This document shows positions 13,401 through 62,469 of a stretch of DNA of 64,000 bases, piece after piece (the first letter of the stretch is position 1; every line of letters begins with the position of its first letter). The position numbers and the translations under genes were made by a program. The notes beneath the pieces are model-generated. The model ran no database searches, was not told where the DNA came from, and saw only the letters and a program-made list of their open reading frames with translations. This stretch comes from Ylistrum balloti (taxonomy: Eukaryota). Location: the NCBI RefSeq assembly GCF_031769215.1, contig NW_026782205.1, positions 248,001-312,000 of the forward strand, written 5' to 3'.

Positions 13401-16400
13401 TGTTGCTTTAAACAGAGTTTAGCATTGATACTGTTTACCTGTATAATGTTGGTTTTGATGTGTGACTATAAACATGGTCAGAAAGTCCTTTATTTTTGAT
13501 AAAGGTTACTGGAAGGTTGATTGCTGATGTGTCTTTGTTAACCAGGCTTTAGAATGATTTAATGACAGTGAATGGCCTCCATTTTTATTTGGTGTCAGTA
13601 TTGCATGCTATGAAATTTTCCCTTATACCAGATTATGTTTTGTGAAAGAATTTAAGGCTCTCTTTCAATTAGACTTCAATGTTTTTTATAAATAATTTTG
13701 CCTAAAAATTCAACATTTTAAAAAATTCTTACCCCCAATTAAGATATATTACATTTTGTAATTATATGTTTGATGTTAAATCTCCCGACGTTTTTATATT
13801 TTATTACAGGTCTTTATAAAGTACAGATTCTACCCTTCACCTATTCAGCTCCCCTCAAAGTGCCATGGGTTTTATTTATAAGTTATACATATTGAAATTT
13901 ATCCTTAAAGTTACCCATGAGAGTATCCCCTGAGATTGCCCAAGTTTAGAAATACATGTATGTAGAATTGTTTTCTTTGTGTTTGTTAAATACAAATACA
14001 AGTCTGTTCTTTATCTTTGTGTTCTTGTGTAAAAGAAGGATATATTTGATGGTTGATGTTGCTGATCTGTGTTTTGTATTTTACCCAGATTCGCTGCTTT
14101 TTATCAAGATATCACCAGGTCCTACCAGCTTGTAGAGCATTTGACAAATGTACTGCCTGCTCCAATACGGTCAGTTTTGTAATACTAGTAAATGAAACTG
14201 GTCTAGAGAGTATTTCTCTTTGGCTTGTCGATTCTAAACTATTAAACCAGATGTCCTGTGTGGTTCACCCCCTTATGGTGGCATTATAATAAATATGAAA
14301 TAAAAAAAAGATTTTACATTTGTATAACAAAACTTAGGTAAACTTTTTATCCGGAGGAGAGTATGTAACTCTAGCAAATACATCAGTCGCAATATACTGA
14401 AATATTAAAGAAAATTTCTCACAAGGTCATTTGGTTGAGCCAAAGACTACTACCAGGTAAGCCAAAGGTACTGGGTCAAATCCTAGCAGGGACATTGAAA
14501 TAAAAATGACCTTAGTTGCAACACATGTACAAGTTTATGTTACTTTTTTATTTTAAAACTCAGAGGAAAAACATATATTTTGAAAATGAAATTTTAGGTC
14601 ATCTGGTCAAGATGATCTATTGCTATCGTGCATTGTCTGTTGTCAGTAAACTTTCCTTTTGGAACACTACTCTTGCTTAAATGTTTTGGCAGATTTCAAC
14701 CAAATTTGATCTGAAACATCATTGGGGTTGGGGAATCATTTCTTAAATTCAGAAAGTTGATTCGACCCCTAGGGAACTGGGGGTGGGGTCCAAAAAAGGA
14801 TAGTTAGACAATACTTTGCTTCAAAACACTATTTTTCCTTCATGCTGGAATGGATTTCATTCAAATTTGGTCTGAAACATCAGGAGGAGTGGGCAATTAA
14901 TGCTTAAATGTAGGAAGTTGATTTGATTTCTAGAGACCTGGGAGGGGTGGGGGGCAAATGAAGAAGTAAGTCAATATCTTGCTCAACAATGCTACTCTGT
15001 AATGCCTTTGTAGATTTCAACCAGATTTGGTCTGCAACATTACTATGGAGCAGCCATGATTTCAGGTGTGATTTAAGTGATCCTGAGATTTTCCTGACCA
15101 AATATTGTTTCTGCTTTGATCCAAATTCCAACATAACTCATCATTATGAATAGTCTGAACTACTTGTCCAGATTTATTCACACCAATGAGAAAAATATTT
15201 GGAGTTTGATTTGCCAAGGAAAAGAAACGGACGATTTTCAGTTTACTCCTGGTAATCAAAACTTCAACACGTCAACCACAGTAGCCATTTTGTGACATGT
15301 TTGCATAACTGTTTTTCATGAATGGAACCTACCATTTACGAGTTTCTGATACTTTCAAGGAATGTTCAAAATTTGAATTTTTCAGATTTGTCAGACCTTC
15401 ATCAGTGAATTCTGTGGTTTGTCCATCCATTCATTGATTGCCAGATACCCTTTAAGGGCCATGACCCTCTTGTACTTGATTATTTCATGGTCACGTTGCT
15501 GTTTTCATAGATTTATCACCATACACACTGTCCAAAAGGGCCAAAGGGGCGAGGCCCAAAAGGGGAAATAATGTAAATTCATTGAAATCTTATTCCTCTT
15601 GTAGGAATGAATGAATATTGCCAAAATTTGGTCTGAAGCATTCTTGGATGAAGGGGAATCTATCATGTATAAACATTAGGCCCAATAGAAGAAATAGAGT
15701 AAATCTTATGAAATTCTACTCCTCCTGTAGGAATGATTAGGATTTATCCAAATTTGTTTTGATGTATTTTTGTGTGAAAGAGAATCAGATCTGTATACAA
15801 TGTGCATTCCAGGCCCTTAGGTCGGGAGCAGTGGGTAAGGGGTGGGTGGTTGGGGCCTAATTGGGGAAAAATAAAAATTTTATCCTGCGTTATTCAATCA
15901 TCAGCTCATTTCTCTTGGCTTTTCAGGTGGTGAATGCTTTCAAGAAGGAAGGTGTGGAATTTCTCCTTAGGGTATTTAATGAGCCGAGCAGTTACCTGGA
16001 GGACTTGACTGGTCTCACACAGATGCACTTGGAGACACTCGATACAGAGGTAGTTAATCTTCTTTTAGTCTTTAGTCTTGTTAATAGAAAGAATCTAAAT
16101 TATATGAGAAATAATATCTTACATTAGATTGAGATTTTTGTAGAAGTTAACAATCTTTAGGTAAGGTGATATGAAGAATTCTTAGGCTTCTTCCAGTGTT
16201 ATTGTTCATACACATGGAAACTCGTATAAAATTCTCTTTATTTTTATTTACACCTACACATTATTCAGTCTTTTAAAAGAAGAAATACTGGCTAATCATG
16301 CTTTGGTATTACAAGCATTTTGAATACCTATTTCTGATAGTAATACAGACCTTCCTCCTTGATACTGGATTCCTAAACTTCACATGAATCCATATAAACA

Positions 16401-17506
16401 ATGTTTTATTGCTGGCTCATCTAGCTGTTCAACTGAACCTTTGTCACTAATCACCATTCTAACTTCTATCAAATCTGGGTTACATTTGTATTGTGATACT
16501 GTTTACACAAGAAGTGGAATTAATAGTATTGGATCTTTAAGAACTTCAAAGATCTTTTGACTAATTTTCAACATCCTCTTTAAATACATTTCTTCTATAA
16601 GAACATTTGGTTTTTCAACCATCTACACCTACATAGCCCATTCTAAACTGAAGGAACACCTTTGTTCCCTAGGTATGAGAGCTTTCTTCTCCAAGATAGA
16701 TGAATGGCAGTATAAATATATGGTTGTGAACTATACTGAAGTGTATTTTGTAAAAATTACGTCCAAATCAAAGAAGAATTATATGGAGGACGAAATCATA
16801 ACAATGATCAAGTTTGATGGTAAGATTTTCCAAGAGACTATTGACATATCTATAGGAACTAACTGTGCCCCTCTGTTGAATGACTTTTTGTTTTCATATG
16901 AGTCTTAATTTTATTGCAGAGCCTATCAAAACAGTTCAGAAAGACCTTGCAAAGTCATTAAATTTCACTTTGAGACATATTGATGATGTCTTGTCCATAA
17001 ATTACAAGAAATTTATGGACCATGTCCATTGTATATCCCAACCAGGACTGGAAATCAAAGACACAACATTATTCTATATCAGTTGCGTATCGCGATCTTT
17101 TCCTACAACGAAACCAACATGTACAGCTTTCCACCAAGCTGAAAGATACATGTGATGATTTGAATTTCCCTATTATGGACTTTCCATTTCTGGATGGCAA
17201 TATCCCTGCATCCCCCACCTATGGTGTTTACATATGTTGCAGTTGATTTGATATTCTAGGGCTTGTTTCCATTAACATGATGTTCGTGCAAGAAGTCGTC
17301 AACTGATCGACAAACTTGTAATACAGAGTTTCAAAAGATGCAGGTTGATGAAAATTAATCAGTTTTTGTGCTGAAGTTGTACTTTTTGTAATGGTAGAAT
17401 TATTGTTTACTGTACTTTTTTATTCATCTCGTGAAGAATTCATTATGCTGTGTTTCAGATCCTGGATTTCAGTGATGAAGATGACAGTTTTATGGACATG
17501 TCTTGA
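1300..17506 (+). CDS. ATG7: ATG7 (ubiquitin-like modifier-activating E1 enzyme), 3' portion, 9 coding exons; 5' exons lie upstream of the window
   Basis: Spliced translation [23 protein letters not shown]...MSIPMPGHP...[12 protein letters not shown]...[14 protein letters not shown]...[31 protein letters not shown]...[15 protein letters not shown]...AFDKCTACS...YLEDLTGL...[15 protein letters not shown] is collinear with the human ATG7 C-terminal half. GT-AG boundaries with consistent phases. Confidence 0.98.
2972..3023 (+). CDS. ATG7: ATG7 exon ([17 protein letters not shown]), 52 nt, phase 0/1
   Basis: ttttttgacag acceptor, gtaagg donor; MSIPMPGHP motif. Confidence 0.95.
4211..4402 (+). repeat. 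96-bp tandem duplication spanning the ATG7 intron/exon junction
   Basis: 4211-4306 and 4307-4402 are near identical. Confidence 0.95.
4382..4518 (+). CDS. ATG7: ATG7 exon ([46 protein letters not shown]), phase 1/0; alternative in-frame acceptor at 4348 would start it at 4349
   Basis: DTRESRWLP motif; AAG|gttaaa donor. The acceptor is ambiguous because of a local duplication (see findings). Confidence 0.9.
4936..5200. repeat. Minisatellite with alternating 47- and 53-bp units
   Basis: gttaaa anchor at 4981, 5028, 5081, 5128, 5181. Confidence 0.9.
6004..6174 (+). CDS. ATG7: ATG7 exon ([18 protein letters not shown]...[14 protein letters not shown]), 171 nt
   Basis: ttacag acceptor, gtaagt donor; CYFCNDV Zn-binding motif. 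Confidence 0.97.
6290..6850 (+). mobile_element. Interspersed repeat with ~150-bp internal subrepeats (ctctcaaatttca...ttggtccctagttgtgcc...ctgatcagaaaaacaaa); relatives at about 3590-3990 (+), 34940-35060 (-), 63640-64000 (-)
   Basis: Recurring motifs in both orientations. Confidence 0.6.
7415..7530 (+). CDS. ATG7: ATG7 exon with catalytic Cys ([17 protein letters not shown]...QHPK); Cys codon 7445-7447
   Basis: tttctag acceptor, gtgagt donor; E1 active-site motif. Confidence 0.97.
10893..11150. repeat. 29-bp minisatellite (tgtgtttcagatttccttgttttctatat) x9
   Basis: Direct inspection. Confidence 0.97.
11820..11904 (+). CDS. ATG7: ATG7 exon ([28 protein letters not shown]), phase 2/0
   Basis: tttcaacag acceptor, gtagga donor; SLGLVPHQ motif. 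Confidence 0.95.
12012..13465. repeat. Minisatellite of 38-bp units (tactgtttacctgtataatgttagttctgacatgttga) with 59-bp variants, about 34 units
   Basis: Direct inspection; the long variants cluster at both ends. Confidence 0.97.
14089..14169 (+). CDS. ATG7: ATG7 exon ([27 protein letters not shown]), 81 nt
   Basis: ttacccag acceptor, gtcagt donor; AFDKCTACS motif. Confidence 0.96.
15927..16049 (+). CDS. ATG7: ATG7 exon ([41 protein letters not shown]), 123 nt
   Basis: ttttcag acceptor, gtagtt donor; LEDLTGL motif. Confidence 0.95.
16690..17356 (+). mobile_element. Decayed reverse transcriptase fragment, Penelope-like type
   Basis: Frameshifted pieces [19 protein letters not shown] / [15 protein letters not shown] / GLEIKDTT / [27 protein letters not shown] / QLI*YSRAC resemble the [13 protein letters not shown]...RYIDDVL...SNIP..PAYGVYISQLIRYSRAC RT family. 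Contains stops and frameshifts. Confidence 0.8.
17459..17506 (+). CDS. ATG7: ATG7 last coding exon ([15 protein letters not shown])
   Basis: tgtttcag acceptor, phase 0; matches the acidic tail of human ATG7 (IWDMSDDE); TGA at 17504-17506. Confidence 0.88.
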   Translation: MLDFSDEDDSFMDMS

Positions 17507-19027
17507 TTGCTCTCACAAGACAGTACTCAACCAATCAATAAAGACTTTAGATCAACCTATCAAAAGAGGTGTTGCATCTCTGAGAGGAGCGGACCAATCA
17601 AAAGAGATGTTACATCAATAGGAAAACCTATCAATGAAGGAGTCACATCTATGGAAGGTCCATTCAGTGGCAGTGTCATATCTGGGAGATATCTATGGGA
17701 GGACAAATAGATGGAGGTGTTACATCTATCATAGAGCCATATAACTGAACAGTTTGATACTCATATTGATGACGATGCTATCCAAATATCACATGAATTA
17801 CCAAGATTAAAAATACTTTGAGAAGTAAATCGTATTGTGTAGTTTTAGTTGTATGGCATGGACTAATACAATTTCCAAGGTTTATTTAAAGGTGTGTGAA
17901 CATTTATACACATAAAACATCTGTATGTGAGACTCAAGTGGATAAGGCTACCAATGATTATTTATCATTCTTTGATCAAGTGTAAAGGTTTTTTTGTGAT
18001 GTTATTCTCTCAAAACACTCCCCATCAAAATTCTTGAAAGATGCATAAAAAATATGCACAATATGTTAGTATTTCCAAATGGTTGAAGCTAGGTTGTGAA
18101 ACATTACACCTAAAACGTTGTGTACATTGTCTGTACATTTAGGTGATACTTCAACTAAACCATATACATTTTCCCCACAATTAGGCCATACTACAACTTA
18201 AGACCACAGGGAGCAGAGACATTCAAAAACTTCAAAACTGGTTCTGCTTCCCTGTTTCTCCTTTTAGTCCCAACCCTCTGACTCCCTGAGGACCCGAGAT
18301 TCAGCATTTGGTTTTCTTTCCACAAGGATCCTTCTGACCAAATTTTGACAAAACACAAGATCCAATCCAAATGACAAAACACAACAAGATTTCAATCCAA
18401 TAGACAACAAATAAATGCAAAATTTAAATCCAAGAGATGGGACACAAGATTTTAATCCAACAGACAAAGATTTCATTCCAACAGAAAAAGAAAACACAAG
18501 ATTTCTTTTTATAACAATTACTCTTCTGTATTTATTCATATATACAATAGGTATTCAACATAAAAAAAGGAAATTAATCTTTCCATCCTATTGATATTAA
18601 AACATCTCATTTTGCAGGAGTAGGAATATATATATTTTTATATATAAAACAATGTACTAAATGGATTTATGCTTAAAAATGTAGTTATAACAAAACAAGA
18701 TATATTTGAGTTACACGTAAGTAAGAATTCAAATGGTTGGATTTCTCAAATGAGCACAATTAATGTAAATTTGAGCAAGCAGAATGATAACTATAACTAT
18801 GCATTTAGCATGCCTAATTAATGGAAATATGTACAAATATAACATTTTAAGTGTAACATCAGAAACGGTGTTTTTAGGAGTCGACAACAACTATTTATTA
18901 CCATATAAGGGAAAATTTGTTAATATTGAAAAAAGTCCATACAATGTTGTGTAATTCAAGTACAAGTAAAATCCAGTACTTATATCATACATTAAATCAT
19001 ACATAACAGGCCATCTACAAAACCAGC

Positions 19028-19272
19028 ATTTATCTTAATGCCAAATTTTAGGATCAAACCTGTAATTTGTCTTAATGACAAATATTAGGATCAAACCTGT
19101 AATTTGTCTTAATGACAAATATTAGGATCAAACCTGTAATTTGTCTTAATGCCAAATTTTAGGATCAAACCTGTAATTTGTCTTAATGACAAATATTAGG
19201 ATCAAACCAGTAATTTATCTTAATGACAAATATTAGGATCAAACCAGTAATTTATCTTAATGCCAAATATTA
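19028..19272. repeat. 37-bp minisatellite (ttgtcttaatgacaaatattaggatcaaacctgtaat), about 6.5 copies
   Basis: ggatc at 19051, 19088, 19125... Confidence 0.93.
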
Positions 19273-19339
19273 ACTAAACAGAAAGAACAGACCATATTAG
19301 TTACCACAAACACATATACATATATCTTTGTCTCATCAA

Positions 19340-19580
19340 AAAATGAACTCTGTTAGTTATCAGAAATACTAGTGTCTTTTTCTGCTCAAAAATGGACCCT
19401 GTTAGTTACCAGAAACACAAGTATCTTTGGACAATCAAAAATGGACTCTGTTAAGTTATCTGGTATGCAAGTGTTTTGTTTTTTCTGACCAAAAAAAGAC
19501 CGCCTTAGTTACCAGGTACAAAAGTGTCTTTGGCTGAAAATGGACCCTGTTAGTTACCAGAACCACAAGTGTCTTTGTCA
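19340..19580. repeat. Degenerate ~50-bp repeat (aaaatggaccctgttagttaccag...), about 5 copies
   Basis: Direct inspection. Confidence 0.8.
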
Positions 19581-19801
19581 CATACTATATGTAAATATGA
19601 AGTAAGATTATTTGGTAATCAGTCAATATAATAATGCAATGTATCTGTTTAAGGTGTATAATCATAAACCAGCAATCACTATCAATAACATACTTTGAGG
19701 TGGATTTTAATCACAAAGTCATGATTTCAGTTTGGTTGCAATTCCATTCCCTCAACTATTAACAGTGAACTATAATCTAACCATGTACATCTTACATTGA
19801 T

Positions 19802-20004
19802 AGTACAAATAAAATGTCCTATTAGTGATATCATCCTAACAGCCAAACAAATGATATAATCACTGGAACTAGCCAGTTATATCATCAGTACAAACAAAAT
19901 GTCTTATTAGTGATATCATCCTAACAGCCAAACAAATGATATAATCACTGGAATTAGCCAGTTATATCATCAGTACAAACAAAATGTCCTATTAGTGATA
20001 TCAT
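19802..20004. repeat. 85-bp tandem repeat, about 2.4 copies
   Basis: agtacaaa anchor at 19802, 19887, 19972. Confidence 0.92.
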
Positions 20005-21211
20005 CAGCCAATCACTTTACTCACTTCATACATTAACCTATTCATCCAAGTTTCATACTGGATATCCATGTCAAGTGAGTTTATCATTTCTATAATGTGT
20101 TTGAAGAAGTTAAAAAAAAAACAAAGAAAAAAGAAAATGTACTAGAATATGTTCAAAGGAAAATTTGTTGAAACAGCAATCAGCCATGAAAAGCTACAAA
20201 AAGTGAGTGTTTTTGCCGAATGTAGCTCTGACCAACCATAGTCTTGTTTTATATCAAAATCTAAAATGTATGGTAAAAGAAGATGAACACTTGATACAAT
20301 AAGGTGTTAGGAAAAGTTCAAAAATATCTCTCATATACATATCTACCACACTATTGTAGGGTAAAAATCATTTCAGAAATGATGAAGTGATAAAACACAT
20401 TGCTTCACATAAGATATAGTTCTGAGTACTGTTTCAGTATACATAAGATATAAAAATGTTTTATCACGTTATCGCAAATGAAACAAGAATTGGGTTTTGG
20501 TTTATATGGACATATAAACATTTCAATCATTTACACCTTTAAAAATATGTCTTTGATTTAAATAACAAAGTTTACAATGTAGCCTTCTATTGATTAACAA
20601 TATATAGCAGAAAACAATTCTATTGAAATACAATTAATGGAACAAAAGAAATTGATTGTGGGTTGCTATTTGTTATAGTGACTTTGAGTCTGTCAGAGTT
20701 CTGTCTTCACACTCGTATATACCACAAGTACTGTGCTTGGAGAACCGCTTTAGTATCACATACATGTTCTGTATACATATTGGAAGTATCACATCATTTT
20801 CTGTTAGTTCTCTTGACAGTACAAGACATTCCTTGGTGTTTTTTTTGTCACTAGTAAATAAATGCAGTTTGCATTTCAAATGAAGAAATCTCCAATCTTA
20901 CATGAATTTCTTTTATACACATTCACCTATAAAAAAGTGTGTTCAATCCTTGACAGATGAAAGCGATGGATATCATTACCATTTTCATCCAGAATCCAGT
21001 GGGCATGTAATTAAGCAAAACATGTTAAATAAATACTTAAAAAATTCACAAAAGAATCAAAGGATTTTCATTCAAACTGTCCAAAACAGAACCAAATTGT
21101 GTGCAAATCCGCATAGCATTACTTGTTCTTAATCATCACGTGACATGAAAATCTAAATATCTACGATTATTCTCAGGTCAAGTATTTAAAACATCCTATT
21201 ACATCCTACTC

Positions 21212-58743
<37,532 letters not shown>

Positions 58744-59699
58744 TTTGTATAACTGTGGTTGTTATGGTAACAGATCTTTTCCTCCCCTGGTCATACACCA
58801 AGCTGTAACACAGTAAAAACAACAAAAAATATCAACAAGTCAACATAATCATAATCCAACCTCAAATTAAAGAAGAGGCCCAATGTGCCTGCATCATTCG
58901 CCTGGTATTCCACGTATGTCAAAATTAGAAGCAGTGTTTAATAATTACAAATATATTGATATATATACCATTGGCATTCAAAGCAGTCACATCCAATCAA
59001 TTTTAACTAATTTCCACATTAAACAACTTCTAATACTCAATAGTGAATATTATGACCTGGATTGTAAGTAAATGCCATTTGTTTTTTAACTCAAAATTTG
59101 TCGGACTTTCACCTAGAAATACTTTTCCACCAAATATTCTACTTCTCGAACTTTTGGTGCACCAGACAGTCTTCTACAAATTTTTGACAATTCAATCGCT
59201 GTGCCATTGAATAAGGGTTAAGGTCATTTCTTTTCATCACAAACTTTGTCAGGCTTCATCCTAGCAATCTATAAGCCAAAATAATTATGACATTTGGAAT
59301 GTCATGTTTGACAGGCAAATGCTGCAGTTTAAAAAATTGTCGAAGAAAAAAGTACTTTATCATCAGAGTTAAAAATGTTGCAAAGAGTCTAACTTTCTGA
59401 AAATGACTCAATCTGATATAGATAACACACATCTACAATGTACAAGGATTACAGACAGCAAGCATCACTGGAATCAATTTGTAGTGGAGGAAGAATAGTC
59501 TGTACATTGTTTGATCTACAGACAGGGATTTACATCCTGATTCTAGCGTCTAACGTTGTTGAGGAGGTAGAATGGGTATGATAAAGGCAACACAACAATT
59601 GGCATGGGTAAACTTCTGACCATGATTTATTGCACATTACATAATTATAAAACCTCAGAATAACATTAAAGTAGTATCATTACTTTGTGTAGTTTAAAC

Positions 59700-60960
59700 T
59701 TAAACTATGGTCTTCTTAGTAAACTATGGTCCTCCTACTAAACTATGGCCCTCCTACTTAACTAAGTCCTCCTACTTAACTAAGTCCTCCTACTTAACTA
59801 AGGTACTCCTACTAAACTAAGGTCCTCCTACTTAACTAAGGTACTCCTACTAAACTATGGTCCTCCTACTTAACTAAGTCCTCCTACTTAACTAAGGTCC
59901 TCCTACTTAACTATTGTCCTCCTACTTAACTATGGTCCTCCTACTTAACTAAGTCCTCCTACTAAACTAAGGTCCTCCTACTTAACTATGGTCCTCCTAC
60001 TTAACTAAGTCCTCCTACTTAACTAATGTCTTCCTACTAAACTAAGGTCCTCCTACTTAACTAAGGTCCTCCTACTTAACTATGGTCCTACTACTTAACT
60101 AAGGTACTCCTACTTAACTATGGTCCTCCTACTTAACTAAGTCCTCCTACTTAACTAATGTCTTCCTACTTAACTAAGGTCCTCCTACTTAACTAAGTCC
60201 TCCTACTTAACTAAGGTCCTCCTACTTAACTAAGTCCTCCTACTAAGTCCTCCTACTAAACTAAGGTCCTCCTACTTAACTATGGTCCTCCTACTTAACT
60301 AAGTCCTCCTACTTAACTAAGGTCCTCCTACTTAACTAAGGTCCTCCTACTTAACTAAGGTACTCCTACTTAACTAAGTCCTCCTACTTAACTATGGTCC
60401 TCCTACTTAACTATGGTCCTCCTACTAAACTAAGGTCCTCCTACTAAACTATGGTCTTCCTACTTAACTAAGTCCTCCTACTTAACTATTGTCCTCCTAC
60501 TAAACTAAAGTCCTCCTACTTAACTAAGGTCCTCCTACTTAACAAAGTCCTCCTACTTAACTAAGGTCCTCCTACTAAACAAAGTCCTCCTACTTAACTA
60601 AGGTCCTCCTACTTAACAAAGTCCTCCTACTTAACTAAGGTCCTCCTACTTAACAAAGTCCTCCTACTTAACTAAGGTCCTCCTACTTAACTAAGTCCTC
60701 CTACTTAACTAAGGTACTCCTACTTAACTAAGTCCTCCTACTTAACTATGGTCCTCCTACTTAACTATGGTCCTCCTACTAAACTAGGGTCCTCCTACTA
60801 AACTATGGTCCTCCTACTTAACTAAGGTCCTCCTACTTAACTAAGTCCTCCTACTTAACTAAGGTACTCCTACTTAACTAAGGTCCTCCTACTTAGCTAA
60901 GGTCTTCCGACTAAACTATGGTCCTCCTAAGTAACTAAGTTCTTCCGATTAAACTAATGT
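59700..60960. repeat. 19/20-bp minisatellite (actaaggtcctcctacttaa), about 60 copies
   Basis: Direct inspection. Confidence 0.97.
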
Positions 60961-62320
60961 CCTTCTTCTAAAAAGACATTTGTCTGCTACCACCTAGCTT
61001 GCAAATTGTGACAGTATACGAGTATGAGCATGAAGGAACATGATTCTGACTCTATTTGTCAGTCCATGAATCTGTCACTGAAAAACTGACCTTTATTTAT
61101 AATTGGAAACATGAGTTTCCCAAAGGAGGGACAGTCACTAGTGTAGACAAAGTCCTCGGACTCCCCACTGCTTCACAGTTTAAGGACTGTATGATATGAC
61201 CCATAGGTCTTTACAATGCCAGAGCAATGATGTTTGCCGATGGGAAAATACTTGGAAATAGAAGATGTCGTGGAGACAGAATACCTGTCAACTAACCAAC
61301 CCATAGGTCATAACGGATAACATAAGCTGATGATAAAAGGACTGCATGCCACTCTGCAGTATCTGTCCACTAATATAACGGCTATTGTAATTTTATGTAC
61401 ATAAAAATGCCTACCACCATTTTCTTAATAATATATCACCAAGTTAATATTTTCAAAGTCCAAAATACACAAATTTAGCAAAAAAATCTAACTGAATATG
61501 CCAAAAACTTGCTTTATCTTGTTAGAGATAATTCATTTGAAAATACTTAAAAGTTCTCAAAATTCACCAAATTATCATACTTTTTTCAATGAAATCATTC
61601 AAGATGCAAGACAGTTAAAAATCTACATGGCATATGAAATTATGAAGAGGAACCTCAGAAATGTGAAATCTGAGCGATAGCCATCTACTTCTCATGTAAT
61701 AGCATTAACAGGCTGTATAGACTTTGAAGTGTCCTTTGTTTCACACAGACATTTCACAGACCTGCTGTACCAGATGAGAAGCTGCAAAATGCATATAAAT
61801 CCTTGAAACAGGTACACCTAGAGAATACTCTATTGAAGTGGGAAAGCAGAGAGTGTAATGACTGCAGATGTTTAGCTGATGATGTGAACTGTTTACATAA
61901 CTAGTCTGGTGTGTTTGGCACACAGTAGAAGACAACCTGAGGTTCCTGATAATGGCACAGTTTATACAACCCTACCTACCAATCCTAGGCTCTGTCTGTG
62001 ATTACATTTATATCAACAGGTCAAATGTTATATTATAGGATCATATCAAATAATTGGCATAAATAATATTATTTCTTTATCGAAATATTTTGCATTTTAA
62101 ATGAGATAATGATAGAATATTTCTTCTGAAATATACATCACATTGTTTCATAACAAGACTGGTTAGCTTTAATTGCCCTAAATGTGGAAATACTTGTGTA
62201 ACTACAAAACTAAAAAAACTTTTTAAAACATTTCTTTTAAATAAAGCTAAAATATATACAATAATTTTACATTTCATAATACATGTTTTATATAATAGAA
62301 TTGCTGTGTTGCATGACCAT

Positions 62321-62469
62321 GTAGATTCATCTGAAATAGACTATAATCCTTCGTACAACATTCCTCAGTCCCTGTTATACTGACTATATTCTGATTTGCC
62401 CCCTTTTTATAATAACATGGACTGAGGAATGTTGGTAGAAGGATTATGGTCTATTTCAGATGAATTTAC
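62321..62469. repeat. 58-bp inverted repeat (hairpin) with a 33-nt loop
   Basis: 62321-62378 versus the reverse complement of 62412-62469, differing at about 6 positions. Confidence 0.92.

Noticed and set aside
14420-14495. tRNA/SINE-like segment (gggtcaaatcc B-box-like)
   Set aside because: No cloverleaf could be built; at most a decayed SINE head
17504-17506. ATG7 TGA as a selenocysteine codon
   Set aside because: It aligns with the normal ATG7 C-terminus and no SECIS was recognisable
61140-61370. - strand FYHQLMLSVMTYGLVS* resembling a non-LTR RT C-terminal motif
   Set aside because: A single short motif surrounded by stops; needs a profile search to support it
61749-61904. Short + strand open frame (TFHRPAVPDEKLQNAY...CNDCRC...)
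   Set aside because: About 50 codons, with no partner exons or recognisable domain
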